Made by a program: the position numbers and the translations under genes
DNA from: Prochlorococcus sp. AG-347-B23
Lineage (GTDB): Bacteria; Cyanobacteriota; Cyanobacteriia; PCC-6307; Cyanobiaceae
DNA: 64,000 nucleotides
Direction of reading: 5' to 3'
Assembly (NCBI GenBank): GCA_003281715.1
Contig: QCBE01000004.1
Coordinates: forward strand, 7,932 to 71,931
Part shown: positions 29,340 to 40,055 of the stretch, one piece after another
How positions within the stretch are numbered: position 1 is the first letter of the stretch
How the letters are laid out: each line of letters opens with the position of its first letter
Notes under the pieces: model-generated
The model's database searches: none
Seen by the model: only the letters and a program-made list of their open reading frames with translations
What the model was told of the DNA's origin: nothing

Positions 29340-30514
29340 ATAAAAAGATATTCATAAGTACTGGAGAAGTCTCTGGAGATTTGCATGGTAGTTTATTATC
29401 AAAAGCATTATTGGAGGAAGCTAAAAAACAATCCATATATTTAGAAATTTGCGGATTAGGTGGTGAAAGGATGAAAAAAGAAGGGGTAAAAATTCTTCAA
29501 GATACGACATCCATCAGTGCCATAGGAATTTGGGAGGCTTTACCTCTAATTTTCCCAACAATATTAATTCAAAAAAGATTTTATAAATTATTAAAAAAAT
29601 ATCCTCCAGATTGCTTAATTTTGATTGACTATATGGGTCCCAATATAAAAATTGGAACTAAATTAAAAAAATCGAAGACGCAAATTCCAATTTTTTACTA
29701 TATTGCTCCTCAAGAATGGGCCTGGAGGGTTGGGAATAATACAACGACAAATTTAATAAATTTTTCTGATAAGATTTTTGCGATTTTCAAGAAAGAAGCA
29801 GCATTTTATAAAAAGAGAGGTGGAAATGTTTTATGGATTGGACATCCAATGATTGACTTAACAAAAAAACTTCCACTAAAGAAAGATGCACGAACTATTT
29901 TACGCCTTCGCCCAGATCAAAATATTCTACTTTTAATGCCCGCATCAAGACCTCAAGAATTGAAATATATTTTACCTACTTTTATGATGGCGGCTAGAAA
30001 ATTACAACTAAAATATCCAAATTTAGTTGTCTATATACCCTCCTGTAGGAATGTTTTTGATGAAAGATTCAAAAAGGCTTTCAGAAAATATCAAGTAAAA
30101 GGACAAGTGATTTCTCAAAAAGATAACGGAAGATTAAAGCCATATATTTATTCACTTACAAAAATTGCTCTTTGCAAATCTGGGACAGTTAACATGGAAT
30201 TGGCTTTATATGGAATACCGCAGATTGTTGGTTACAGAGTGAGTAGAGTTACTGCTTTTATTGCTAAAAAAATTCTCAATTTCAAAGTAAGATTTATTTC
30301 TCCTGTAAATTTATTAGTTAATAAGTTAATAATTCCTGAATTTGTACAAAGAGACTTTGACGAAAAGAAAATCTTTTATAAATCTTGTAGAATTCTCGAA
30401 GGAAAGTCAGAAAAAGTAAAAATAAAACAAGGCTATGCTTTTTTAAAAAAAGAATTAGGTGAAGAGGGTGTAGTTCAAAGAGCCGCTAAAGAAATCATTA
30501 ATTCTATTATGTAA
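29336..30514 (+). CDS. lpxB: Lipid-A-disaccharide synthase
   Basis: GEVSGDLHG, YIAPQEWAWR, GHP, SGTVNMEL. Confidence 0.96.
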   Translation: MNKKIFISTGEVSGDLHGSLLSKALLEEAKKQSIYLEICGLGGERMKKEGVKILQDTTSISAIGIWEALPLIFPTILIQKRFYKLLKKYPPDCLILIDYMGPNIKIGTKLKKSKTQIPIFYYIAPQEWAWRVGNNTTTNLINFSDKIFAIFKKEAAFYKKRGGNVLWIGHPMIDLTKKLPLKKDARTILRLRPDQNILLLMPASRPQELKYILPTFMMAARKLQLKYPNLVVYIPSCRNVFDERFKKAFRKYQVKGQVISQKDNGRLKPYIYSLTKIALCKSGTVNMELALYGIPQIVGYRVSRVTAFIAKKILNFKVRFISPVNLLVNKLIIPEFVQRDFDEKKIFYKSCRILEGKSEKVKIKQGYAFLKKELGEEGVVQRAAKEIINSIM

Positions 30515-30530
30515 TCTTTATAATAAAAAA

Positions 30531-31133
30531 ATGAAAATACTTTTACCTCTAATAATTGCACTTTCAATATTAATTAACCCTCTAAACACTTTTGCAGACG
30601 AATTGATTCTTGCAGGAGGTTGTTTTTGGTGTTTAGAACATGATTTAGAGTCCTTGAAGGGGATAAATTTTGTACATAGTGGTTATTCAGGTGGAGATTT
30701 ACAAAATCCAACCTACGAAAATCATGAAGGACATCAGGAAGTGGTTTTGGTGGACTATGATTCCAAATCTGTAACTTTACCCGAGATACTTAGACTCTAT
30801 TTCAGAAATATTGATCCTTTAGATACTAAGGGTCAATTTTGTGATCGTGGTGATTCTTATAGGCCAGTGATCTTTTTCAAAGATAAAAATGAGGAAAGTG
30901 ATGCAAAAAATGCAATTTTTTCTGCCTCTAATGAGTTGCGAGTGCCATTAGAAAAAATATCTGTAGAACTTAAATCAAAAGGTCAATTTTGGTTGGCTGA
31001 AGAATATCATCAGGATTTTGCTGAGAGAAATGAATTTAAATATAAGTTTTATAGATTCTCATGTGGGAGAGATCAGAGGTTGGATAAATTATGGGGAGAT
31101 AACGCTAGATCAACAAATCTTTGGACTGAATGA
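30531..31133 (+). CDS. msrA: Peptide-methionine (S)-S-oxide reductase with putative signal peptide
   Basis: AGGCFWC, GYSGG, GQFCDRGDSY, AEEYHQ. Confidence 0.93.
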   Translation: MKILLPLIIALSILINPLNTFADELILAGGCFWCLEHDLESLKGINFVHSGYSGGDLQNPTYENHEGHQEVVLVDYDSKSVTLPEILRLYFRNIDPLDTKGQFCDRGDSYRPVIFFKDKNEESDAKNAIFSASNELRVPLEKISVELKSKGQFWLAEEYHQDFAERNEFKYKFYRFSCGRDQRLDKLWGDNARSTNLWTE

Positions 31134-31145
31134 TTTTAAATATAT

Positions 31146-32618
31146 TTATTTACTTTTAATCCATTGAACGAGAGTTTTAACACCAAAACCGGTTGCACCT
31201 GATGGATTAATCCCCTTATTCTTATCAGTCCAGCAAGTCCCAGCAATATCAATATGAGCCCATTTAATATCTTTATCAAAGAATTCCTCTAAAAACAAAG
31301 CAGCAGTTATTGACCCACCTGCTCTAGGGCCTGTATTTTTCATGTCAGCTATATGAGACTTTAATCCTTCTTTATAAGATTTTTGTAAAGGCATTTGCCA
31401 TAATTCCTCTCCAGACTGGGCTGATGCAGCTTTTAGATCATTTGCAAGATCATCATTATTGCTCCAAAATCCAGCTACATCATTCCCTAATGCAACAACA
31501 ATAGCTCCTGTTAAAGTGGCGAGATCTATTATTGAATCCGGTTTTAAATTGGATGCGTAAGTTAAAGCATCAGCTAATGTGAGTCGACCCTCTGCATCAG
31601 TGTTATTTATTTCAATTGTCTTACCATTAGAAGCCTTAACTACATCTCCTGGATGTACTGCAGATCCATTTATCATGTTTTCGCAAGATGCCACAATAAA
31701 ATGAATTTCTAGTCCTTTTGGTTTTATAGCTCCAAGTGCTTTTGCTGCTCCTAACACTGCAGCGCTTCCACCCATATCATATTTCATCATTTCAATTTGA
31801 GATGCCCCTACTTTCAGGTTGTATCCTCCAGAATCAAAGGTTAAACCCTTCCCAACAAGCGCAATCTTTTCTTTTATAGGACCCTCTGACTTTAAGGTAA
31901 GGTGTATAAATTTAGGATCTAGATCAGAACCTTTTGCTACAGCTAGATATGCACCCATCCCTAAGTCTTCACATTCTTTTGCCTCTAAAATTTTTAATTC
32001 CAAACCATGATCTTTAGCTATTTGAGAAGCTTGCATAGACATTTCCTGGGGTGTCAGACTATTGGGAGGGGCGGCTACAAGTTTTCTAGCTAGTTCTACA
32101 CCTTCACATATTTGTGCTGTTTCTTCAAAGCTAATATTCTCAAAATTTTTTAAATTCAAAAACTCTACTTCTTGAAGAACTTTCTTTTCATCTTTTTTCT
32201 TATTGAATCTATTGTCCTTATAGGCAGATAATCTAACTGACTCTGCTAATTGATTTATTTTTAGTTGTGAATTTATTAATTCCCAAGGTAGCAAGATGCT
32301 GATTTTTTCATTTTTATCAACAGTTTTTCTAACTAGATTTCCCAAAGAGTTTTCTATATCACTTTTTTTAAGTTCTTTTGATTTGCCAAGACCAACTATG
32401 ATTAAAGTCTCTAATTTTTGATCTAAAAATTCAAAGCCTAAAGTTTTTCCTTTTTCTCCTTTAAATTTTTTTTGAGTAACTTTTTTTAGTAATAATTTTG
32501 GGTCAATAACAAATTTTATGTTTTCAAGTTGAGTTTCAATTTCTTCCTCTAAAACTCCAAAAATTAATGAAGTACCTTGCCAGTTATCTAGATTCTTTTG
32601 GAATGTGGAAAATTGCAT
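31146..32618 (-). CDS. pepA: Leucyl aminopeptidase (M17)
   Basis: [33 protein letters not shown]. Confidence 0.97.
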   Translation of the reverse strand: MQFSTFQKNLDNWQGTSLIFGVLEEEIETQLENIKFVIDPKLLLKKVTQKKFKGEKGKTLGFEFLDQKLETLIIVGLGKSKELKKSDIENSLGNLVRKTVDKNEKISILLPWELINSQLKINQLAESVRLSAYKDNRFNKKKDEKKVLQEVEFLNLKNFENISFEETAQICEGVELARKLVAAPPNSLTPQEMSMQASQIAKDHGLELKILEAKECEDLGMGAYLAVAKGSDLDPKFIHLTLKSEGPIKEKIALVGKGLTFDSGGYNLKVGASQIEMMKYDMGGSAAVLGAAKALGAIKPKGLEIHFIVASCENMINGSAVHPGDVVKASNGKTIEINNTDAEGRLTLADALTYASNLKPDSIIDLATLTGAIVVALGNDVAGFWSNNDDLANDLKAASAQSGEELWQMPLQKSYKEGLKSHIADMKNTGPRAGGSITAALFLEEFFDKDIKWAHIDIAGTCWTDKNKGINPSGATGFGVKTLVQWIKSK

Positions 32619-32642
32619 TTTTTAAATGGATTAAATTAACTT

Positions 32643-33254
32643 TTAGTCGTTTGTGAAAGTAGTTGCCCACCTATCTCGTGTTTCTTTATTAAAAGGTGGT
32701 AACCATAAATATATCAGTTGCTGTTCTAATTTACGTCTTAATTTTACTTCTTTAGGTACATCTAAGAAAAAACGAATATCTTGGCGACTTGAGAGTTTGT
32801 TTTGAGCTAGGGCTTCTTTATAGTTCATAAGGTAATTTTTACAGTCATGTTCTCCCTTCCATCTTTTATTTGCTGAATTTGTTTCTCCAATATAAAGTAT
32901 TATTTTAGAATTCTCCATCGAGTCTATTACAAAATACATTGCTGGACCATTGTGTATATATTGATTGGTTCTCCAAAAGTTCAATGATAATGGCTGCAAG
33001 GAAAAAGGATCAATTTCTCTTTCATTGGAAAAAGTATTTACAGGAAGACTTGTTTGGTGCAAAGTTTTATTATGAGTATCTTTTGAAATTTTGAATTGGT
33101 GATTATATATTTTATTTCTCCATTCAGTTAGGATTGCGCTTTTGATTTTTAGATTATTCGAGTGTTGAAAATCAATTGATGTATTTACATTTGAACCAAA
33201 TAATTCGAATTGTCTATTTTGGTTTGAAATATTATTTAAGTTAAATTTTTCCAA
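32643..33254 (-). CDS. Stand-alone GIY-YIG nuclease family protein
   Basis: AMYFV...LYIGET..ANKRW, later E (KLEQQLI) and N (PPFNKE); TTG start. Confidence 0.8.
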   Translation of the reverse strand: MEKFNLNNISNQNRQFELFGSNVNTSIDFQHSNNLKIKSAILTEWRNKIYNHQFKISKDTHNKTLHQTSLPVNTFSNEREIDPFSLQPLSLNFWRTNQYIHNGPAMYFVIDSMENSKIILYIGETNSANKRWKGEHDCKNYLMNYKEALAQNKLSSRQDIRFFLDVPKEVKLRRKLEQQLIYLWLPPFNKETRDRWATTFTND

Positions 33255-33261
33255 TATTTAT

Positions 33262-33275
33262 GAAACATGTGTACT
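33262..33275 (-). promoter_or_regulatory. Candidate LexA box
   Basis: Minus strand AGTACACATGTTTC, 13/14 match to the cyanobacterial RGTACNNNDGTWCB consensus, just upstream of the GIY-YIG start. Confidence 0.45.
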
Positions 33276-33405
33276 AAATTTAATTCTGAAAAAATATAAA
33301 TCAAAGAATTATTTATAAACTAAAATTTATTAATGTTCTAATCAATTTAAAAGATTCTTGTTATCTTGTAATTGAGCCTTAATCTTGCGAAGTAAAAAAA
33401 CAGAA

Positions 33406-33729
33406 ATGGGATTCTTCGAGTCAGACATCGTTCAAGAAGAAGCTAAAAAGCTTTTTACAGATTACCAAGAACTTATGAAACTTGGTTCTGATTATGGAAA
33501 ATTCGACAGAGAAGGGAAAAAAATGTTTATAAAAAAAATGGAATCACTTATGGATCGTTACAAGGTTTTTATGAAGAGATTTGAATTGTCCGAAGATTTT
33601 CAAGCAAAAATGACAGTTGAACAATTAAAGACACAGTTAAGTCAATTTGGGATTACTCCTGATCAAATGTTTGATCAAATGAATAAAACTTTAATAAGAA
33701 TGAAGGATGAACTTGATAAAACTTCTTAA
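33406..33729 (+). CDS. DUF1825 family protein
   Basis: MGFFESDIVQEEAK, YGKFDREGKK, KRFELSEDF. Confidence 0.85.
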   Translation: MGFFESDIVQEEAKKLFTDYQELMKLGSDYGKFDREGKKMFIKKMESLMDRYKVFMKRFELSEDFQAKMTVEQLKTQLSQFGITPDQMFDQMNKTLIRMKDELDKTS

Positions 33730-33748
33730 ATTCAACTGTTAAAGCTTC

Positions 33749-34987
33749 ATGTCAGATAATTTAATATTGCCATCATGGCTGTCAAGAGGAATAGAAGAAT
33801 ATTTTCCAATTCAGGGAACAGATCAAACCTTTTCGGAGATAATTGATCATGCAAAAAAAAATAATAAAAAATTAAGGGTTAAACTTGGGATCGATCCAAC
33901 TGGAACAGATATTCATCTTGGGCACAGCATATTGTTTAAAAAACTTAGGGCATTCCAAGATAATGGACATATTGCAGTTTTAATTATTGGGGATTTTACT
34001 GCTCAAATTGGAGACCCAACGGGGAAAAACAAAACAAGAGTTCAGTTATCGGAAAAACAAGTTAAGGATAATGCAAAAACATACTTAACCCAACTAGGGA
34101 TGGGTAAGCCAGCTAATGAATCAATTTTAGATTTTGATTCAAAAGATAGAATAGAAATTAGATATAACAGTGAATGGTTAAAAGGATTAAATCTTAATTC
34201 GATAATTGAGTTAATGGGGAGTGCAACAGTTAGTCAAATGTTAGCTAAGGAGGAATTTAATAAAAGGTACACTTCTCAAGTTCCAATTGCTTTGCATGAA
34301 TTCTTATATCCACTATTACAAGGTTACGATTCGGTTGTTGTTCAATCAGATATTGAGCTTGGAGGTACAGATCAGAAATTTAATATTGCGATAGGAAGAG
34401 ATCTTCAAAGGCATTTTAAACAAGATCCTCAATTTGGTGTTCTGCTGCCAATTTTGACAGGTTTAGATGGAATTAAGAAGATGAGTAAATCTGAATTTAA
34501 CACCGTCGGTTTGAATGAAGATCCTCTTTCAATGTATTCAAAATTAGAAAAAGTACCCGATAATCTAATACCTACCTATTTTGAATTACTTACTGAATTA
34601 GATTTGAGTTTTCTTGAAAACTCAAATCCCCGTGAATTACAGAGAAGAATGGCTTTGGAAGTTACTACTTTATTCCATGGGGCTGAAGAAGCATTAGAGG
34701 CGCAATCAAACTGCGAAAAATTATTCCTTGGACACAAAGAAAAAGTTGGAGAAATTCCAGAGATTTCTTTAAAAGAAGTAGTTTTTCCAGTAAAGTTTTT
34801 TTACTTGTTAAGTGCTCTAAAACTTTTCAAATCTAGTAGCGAATCCAAAAGATCTATTAAAGGTGGGGGTGTGAAAATTGATAGTCAGAAAGTAATAAAT
34901 CCTGATTTAGTTTTTAATTCAAAAAATGATTTGGAAGGGAAAATTTTGCAAATTGGAAAAAAAATAATTAAGAGGTTTGAAAACTGA
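33749..34987 (+). CDS. tyrS: Tyrosine--tRNA ligase
   Basis: [31 protein letters not shown]-terminal S4-like domain. Confidence 0.98.
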   Translation: MSDNLILPSWLSRGIEEYFPIQGTDQTFSEIIDHAKKNNKKLRVKLGIDPTGTDIHLGHSILFKKLRAFQDNGHIAVLIIGDFTAQIGDPTGKNKTRVQLSEKQVKDNAKTYLTQLGMGKPANESILDFDSKDRIEIRYNSEWLKGLNLNSIIELMGSATVSQMLAKEEFNKRYTSQVPIALHEFLYPLLQGYDSVVVQSDIELGGTDQKFNIAIGRDLQRHFKQDPQFGVLLPILTGLDGIKKMSKSEFNTVGLNEDPLSMYSKLEKVPDNLIPTYFELLTELDLSFLENSNPRELQRRMALEVTTLFHGAEEALEAQSNCEKLFLGHKEKVGEIPEISLKEVVFPVKFFYLLSALKLFKSSSESKRSIKGGGVKIDSQKVINPDLVFNSKNDLEGKILQIGKKIIKRFEN

Positions 34988-34993
34988 AAATTG

Positions 34994-35722
34994 ATGAATA
35001 AAAGATTTAATTCAGAAGATAAAATAATATTGGCAATTGATGGATTAGATCTAAGTCAAGCAAAATTACTTTTGGAAAAATGTCCTAATATTAGGTGGGT
35101 GAAAGTCGGTTTAGAGCTTTTTGTTAGGGAAGGTCCAAGAGTTATTGAAATATTAAAAGGTTTAAATAAAAAAATTTTTTTAGACTTAAAATTTCACGAT
35201 ATTCCAAATACAATGCACTCAGCATGTTTCCAGGTTTCAAAATTAGGAGTTGATATAATTTCTATTCATGCTTCAGCTGGTCTAAAAGCCCTTAAGGATT
35301 CGAAGAGAGCATCTTTAGAAGGAGCCACCTCAGTTAGTGTTAAACCTCCATTTGTTGTTGGAATAACTGTTTTAACAAGCTTTTCTCTTAAAGATTTTCA
35401 AACTGATCTTAATAGAAATAATTCAATTGAAGAAAATGTATTGAGACTTGCAAAATTGTCTTTTGATGCTGGATTAGATGGATGTGTTTGTTCTCCTTGG
35501 GAGGTAAAAATGTTGAGATCTATTTATAAGAATAATTTTGAACTTATTACACCAGGCATTAGATTAAATATTGATAGTAAAGATGATCAAAATAGAATTA
35601 TGACTCCCCATGAAGCTTTAGATAATGGCGCTTCTAAATTAGTTATTGGTAGATCAATATCAAAAGCTATAGATCCTAATAAAGCTCTAATAGAAATATT
35701 TAAATCTATTGGTTTTGATTAA
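34994..35722 (+). CDS. pyrF: Orotidine-5'-phosphate decarboxylase
   Basis: [27 protein letters not shown]. Confidence 0.97.
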   Translation: MNKRFNSEDKIILAIDGLDLSQAKLLLEKCPNIRWVKVGLELFVREGPRVIEILKGLNKKIFLDLKFHDIPNTMHSACFQVSKLGVDIISIHASAGLKALKDSKRASLEGATSVSVKPPFVVGITVLTSFSLKDFQTDLNRNNSIEENVLRLAKLSFDAGLDGCVCSPWEVKMLRSIYKNNFELITPGIRLNIDSKDDQNRIMTPHEALDNGASKLVIGRSISKAIDPNKALIEIFKSIGFD

Positions 35723-36299
35723 TTTTGGATTCTTCTCCATTAATCAATCTTGTTATGTTTGTTCTATGTTTCCAGATTACTAATAATGCCACAATTAAAC
35801 TTATAAAAAAATATGAGTGCATAAAATTACCTAGGTAAAAAAACATAAAAATAGGAAGTAATATTGCGGCTGAAATACTGGATAAAGAAACAAATTTAGT
35901 TTTTGTTAGGACTATTAAAAAAATACCAAGAGATGCGAGTCCAACTTTCCAAGAAAGAGCTAAAAACATACCTAATCCAGTTGCAACAGCTTTACCTCCT
36001 TTACCTCTAAGCCATATTGGCCAAATATGTCCTGAAATAGCGGATATTCCTGCTATAACTTCTATTAATCCTTGGTCTGTGTAATATTGAGCAATTTTTA
36101 CTGCAATAAAGCCTTTCCCAACGTCAATGATAAATACAAAAAGTGCTGGCCATTTCCCAACATTTCTTAAAACATTTGTGGCACCTGTAGATCCAGAACC
36201 TATAGTTCTTAGATCTATATTTTTGAGATATTTTCCAATTAAAAAACCTGTAGGAAGGGATCCTAAAAGATAACTTGCAAAAATTATTAAGATATTCAT
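35706..36299 (-). CDS. plsY: Glycerol-3-phosphate acyltransferase
   Basis: [37 protein letters not shown]. Confidence 0.96.
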   Translation of the reverse strand: MNILIIFASYLLGSLPTGFLIGKYLKNIDLRTIGSGSTGATNVLRNVGKWPALFVFIIDVGKGFIAVKIAQYYTDQGLIEVIAGISAISGHIWPIWLRGKGGKAVATGLGMFLALSWKVGLASLGIFLIVLTKTKFVSLSSISAAILLPIFMFFYLGNFMHSYFFISLIVALLVIWKHRTNITRLINGEESKINQNQ

Positions 36300-36304
36300 A
36301 AAGC

Positions 36305-37315
36305 TTAGTTTAGTTCAAGATCATCGTAAATTTCATTATCTGAACCAGCAAATGCGACCCATAATGGGAATTGAAGTATTGGAATTTCAACTGATGTTTC
36401 TGCTGCATCAATAATAATAAATGGCAATTCTTCATTGGCTTCTAATCTATCAGCTCTCTCTATGACACCTTCAGGCCTTTCAAAAAGAACAATCCCACTA
36501 TTAGGTCCAAAGTCATCCCTTGTGAGACCAAGTGAATCTTGAAGAATTCTTCTCCATTCACCTAATCGTTCAGGCTGGGAAGCTAAAATAAGAGTCTGAA
36601 ACTGATCTCCATACAATTCGCCAAGAATAGATATCAAACCCGCTGATAACAAGGCATTTTTTTGTCGAGATCCTCTACTTTCAAGAGAACCTCTTCCACC
36701 CATATTAAAGAACCAATCATCCATAATTTCTATATCTGATGAATCAAGACTCCGTCTTAATTTCCAAGGTTCAGCATAAAAATCAGGTTGCTCTGTGAAA
36801 TTTGAAAAGCAAGTTTTTATAATCTCTTGATCTGGCTTAAATGTTTCAGAAAGAGCAGGTACACTTACCACATTATTTGTGCTATTGTTTTGCTTTTTCT
36901 CGTCGAGTGGAGATGGCTTTACGATTATTGGTTGAGAAATTAATTCAAGTTTCTCTACGTTTTGTGAAAGATTCTGCAAAGCTCCAGTTAAGTACTCTTG
37001 AAAGCCTTTAACCCTTTTGGCGATATTATCTGATTGTCCTTTGAAATTTGACTCAATATCTTTTTCTATTTCATTTTTTTTTGTTTCTAACTCTTTTATT
37101 TCTTTAACTAAAGAGTCTTTTTTTGAAAGGAGATTTTTAAAAATTTGATTAGAAATTTCATCAAAAGATTTAGTTGATTTATCATTTTTTGGTGCTATTT
37201 TTTTATTTTGGGTTGTATTTTTTTTACTTATTTGTTTGGTTTTATCATCTGAAATTGACTTATTTATTATTAATTCCTTTTCAGGATTATTGTCGGGAAT
37301 TTCTGTGTTGGTCAT
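36305..37315 (-). CDS. DUF3086 family protein (N-terminal coiled coil)
   Basis: [50 protein letters not shown]. Confidence 0.82.
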   Translation of the reverse strand: MTNTEIPDNNPEKELIINKSISDDKTKQISKKNTTQNKKIAPKNDKSTKSFDEISNQIFKNLLSKKDSLVKEIKELETKKNEIEKDIESNFKGQSDNIAKRVKGFQEYLTGALQNLSQNVEKLELISQPIIVKPSPLDEKKQNNSTNNVVSVPALSETFKPDQEIIKTCFSNFTEQPDFYAEPWKLRRSLDSSDIEIMDDWFFNMGGRGSLESRGSRQKNALLSAGLISILGELYGDQFQTLILASQPERLGEWRRILQDSLGLTRDDFGPNSGIVLFERPEGVIERADRLEANEELPFIIIDAAETSVEIPILQFPLWVAFAGSDNEIYDDLELN

Positions 37316-37350
37316 TTAAATGATTTTGATGATTAGGCAAATTCTGAATT

Positions 37351-37767
37351 TTAAGAATTTTTAATTTCAATGGAGTCAACTTTTTTTTTGAGCTCATCTT
37401 TTAATTGCTTTGGATTAAATAATATTGGTAATAAATGAGGACTTGACTTTTCTCTAAAATAAAAAATACCTGGGATTATAGGGAAAAAGAATTTCCATGA
37501 TATCCAGTTCTTGAATGGAAAAGTTCTAATCTCCTTTCCCAATTGTAGAACGATAAAATCATCATTTGTTATTTTTATTCTTAAAGTAAATGACTGAAGT
37601 AATAAAAAAAAGCTAAAAGAAGCAAAAACTATTGTAGGCAAAGACCCTATATTCAAAAACAAAAGCATAAAACTTAAAACTATTAGAATGATTGGCAACT
37701 GAAATGATGGAGATATTATTACTGGTTCCTCTTTTTTTGATTTAGTGTTAAACATAGAATCATCCAA
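37351..37767 (-). CDS. DUF3119 family membrane protein
   Basis: Two TMs, FPFKNW..W..F, YFRE.SSPHLLPILF. Confidence 0.82.
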   Translation of the reverse strand: MDDSMFNTKSKKEEPVIISPSFQLPIILIVLSFMLLFLNIGSLPTIVFASFSFFLLLQSFTLRIKITNDDFIVLQLGKEIRTFPFKNWISWKFFFPIIPGIFYFREKSSPHLLPILFNPKQLKDELKKKVDSIEIKNS

Positions 37768-38515
37768 ATAAAATTTGTGTTAATAATACATCCATTAAAG
37801 ATACAGTAACGAGAGTCATTACAACTGCACCTGTCGTACTTGTTCCAACTTCTTTTGGACCACCTTTAGTTGTAAGTCCATATCCACAAGCAATGATTGA
37901 AATAAGTAATCCGAACACTACAGACTTTATTAACATTGAAGTTAAGTCTGTACTAGTTAAACTTACATTACCTGATCTTACCGATGTCCAAAAAACTATT
38001 GGAGGAACTTTATAAAAAATAGTGCTCCAAATTTGTCCACTCCATAAAGCTACAGATAAAAACAAAAGACACTGTATTGGAGACATTATTACCATCGATA
38101 GTAATCTTGGGACTACCAAATATTGGACTGGTTCGGTTCTTAACATGGTTATTGCCTCAATTTGTTCTGTAACTTTCATAGTGCCCAGTTGCGCAGCATA
38201 GGCAGTGGCAACCTTCCCAGTCATTAAAGTAGCAGTTAGGAGAGGAGCCATTTCTCTCGCCATTCCTACTGCTAGTAAACCCCCAATTTCACTTGAAACC
38301 CCCATACTTGTAAGTTGTGATGCAACTTGAATATTAAAAACTGTACCTGCGGCAATTCCTGTAATTAATACAATTAATAAACTTCCAGGACCTGACTCCA
38401 TTAGTTGTTCAAAGAGATCATTTTTGGAAATTTTACCTCTAAAGATAAAATTAATTGCTTGACCTCCAATGATTAAGCTGCTTAGAAGTCTTTTAAAAAA
38501 ATTAGGGTAATACAT
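37760..38515 (-). CDS. mlaE: MlaE/TGD1-family ABC permease
   Basis: REMAPLLTA, AAQLGTMKVTEQIEA, YLVVPR, GGPKEVG.STT.AVV. Confidence 0.92.
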   Translation of the reverse strand: MYYPNFFKRLLSSLIIGGQAINFIFRGKISKNDLFEQLMESGPGSLLIVLITGIAAGTVFNIQVASQLTSMGVSSEIGGLLAVGMAREMAPLLTATLMTGKVATAYAAQLGTMKVTEQIEAITMLRTEPVQYLVVPRLLSMVIMSPIQCLLFLSVALWSGQIWSTIFYKVPPIVFWTSVRSGNVSLTSTDLTSMLIKSVVFGLLISIIACGYGLTTKGGPKEVGTSTTGAVVMTLVTVSLMDVLLTQILFG

Positions 38516-38524
38516 ATCTTTATA

Positions 38525-39922
38525 TTAGTTTGTAATTAATTTTCGATCCCATTTTCTCATGATTAAAAGACCAATGATTACCAATATTGAGGGTATAAAA
38601 CCAATACATAATCTAATAGTTAATTGTGCTGAATAGCATTGTTCCATAATATTTAAACTATCTTTATCAACAATGCATGATTGATAACCAGATATATACA
38701 ACAAAAATCCTAATAATTGAACACTAAAAGCAATTCCAATTTTCTGAATGAGTACCATCCAAGCAGTATATAATCCTGCTGGTTTCTCTGGATCTTCGTC
38801 TATTGCATCAGGAAGTAGTGACCAAGGGATAAGAAAAGCGGTGGAAGCTCCAATGCCAATAAGACAGATTATCAAAATTAAAAGACTGAACAGAAATATG
38901 TTACCGACATTTTGGAATAAACTATCTCCAACGCCTGAAATTTTTGATAATGAAGGTAAAAATAAAGCTGCCGTACATGAAACAATCCACATAATCGCGC
39001 CATAGTTTAAAGCTGAAATCCTATTCAATTTATTTGATACTCTGGTCCATATTTGTAAACCAACTAAAGCGCTAATTTGGAAAGGTATCGGGATCCACTT
39101 TGCAATATTTGTTGGTACATTCAGTACATCCTCTACATAGATTAACGCTACAGTTTGCATCAATTGTAAGGCGCACCAAAGAAGAATATAAAGGGTAATA
39201 ATTTTTAGAAATTTTTTATTTCTGAAGATCCTTTTGAATTGAAGTGTGATAGCTTCAACTTTTCCCGAGGGCCTTCTTGCTTTTTTTGCATATGGAGCCA
39301 ATCCCCAACAAGAAGTTAATGTTGCAGCAACTGCAATACATCCACTTATTTTACCCATTAAAAAATATTCATTATTTGCTGATCCTTCAGAACCCAATAC
39401 AACTCCAGCAATTATTAAACCAGTTAGTCCTGCAATTATTGAGCCAGTAAATCTAGATGCGTTAAGTCTTGTTCTTATTGCTGTTTTTTCAGAAATTTCA
39501 GTAGATAGAGCAGCGAAAGGAAGATTAATACTTGTATAAGCAGTCATTACGATTATAGAAATTATGGCATAGTAAATAGTCTTGGTTAGCACTGAACCAG
39601 TGGGTGTCCACCATATCGCAGCTAAAGAGAAACCAAGAGGAACAGATGCTGCTACCATCCAAGGGATTCTAGGCCCCCATCTTGATTTAGTACGATCACT
39701 TAACCATCCAATTAATGGATCATTTACTGCATCCCATATCTTTATTAACATTAATAATGATCCTGCAATTATTACTGGTAAACCAGCAGAAATAAAGAAT
39801 TTGAATAGAAAAAAACCAAATTGCGTCGCGACTAAACCTGTTCCTGCATCTCCTAGCCCATAAGAGAACATTAATCTTGTTGTTGATATAGAAATATTTT
39901 TTTTCGAGTGTGAATTTTCCAA
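38525..39922 (-). CDS. MFS transporter, glycoside-pentoside-hexuronide (MelB-like) family
   Basis: YGLGD, WDAVNDPLIGWLSDRT.SRWG.R.PW, about 12 TMs; TTG start. Confidence 0.9.
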   Translation of the reverse strand: MENSHSKKNISISTTRLMFSYGLGDAGTGLVATQFGFFLFKFFISAGLPVIIAGSLLMLIKIWDAVNDPLIGWLSDRTKSRWGPRIPWMVAASVPLGFSLAAIWWTPTGSVLTKTIYYAIISIIVMTAYTSINLPFAALSTEISEKTAIRTRLNASRFTGSIIAGLTGLIIAGVVLGSEGSANNEYFLMGKISGCIAVAATLTSCWGLAPYAKKARRPSGKVEAITLQFKRIFRNKKFLKIITLYILLWCALQLMQTVALIYVEDVLNVPTNIAKWIPIPFQISALVGLQIWTRVSNKLNRISALNYGAIMWIVSCTAALFLPSLSKISGVGDSLFQNVGNIFLFSLLILIICLIGIGASTAFLIPWSLLPDAIDEDPEKPAGLYTAWMVLIQKIGIAFSVQLLGFLLYISGYQSCIVDKDSLNIMEQCYSAQLTIRLCIGFIPSILVIIGLLIMRKWDRKLITN

Positions 39923-39983
39923 TCTTTTTACTTTGTTGATTGTTTGATAATGTATTATTGCAATGGTAATTCTATTACTTAAT

Positions 39984-40054
39984 GCGGGCGTGGTTTAGTG
40001 GTAAAACCTCAGCCTTCCAAGCTGAAGATGCGGGTTCGATTCCCGCCGCCCGCT
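39984..40054 (+). tRNA. tRNA-Gly(TCC)
   Basis: GCGGGCGTGGTTTAGTGGTAAAACCTCAGCCTTCCAAGCTGAAGATGCGGGTTCGATTCCCGCCGCCCGCT; anticodon TCC. Confidence 0.97.
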
Positions 40055-40055
40055 T

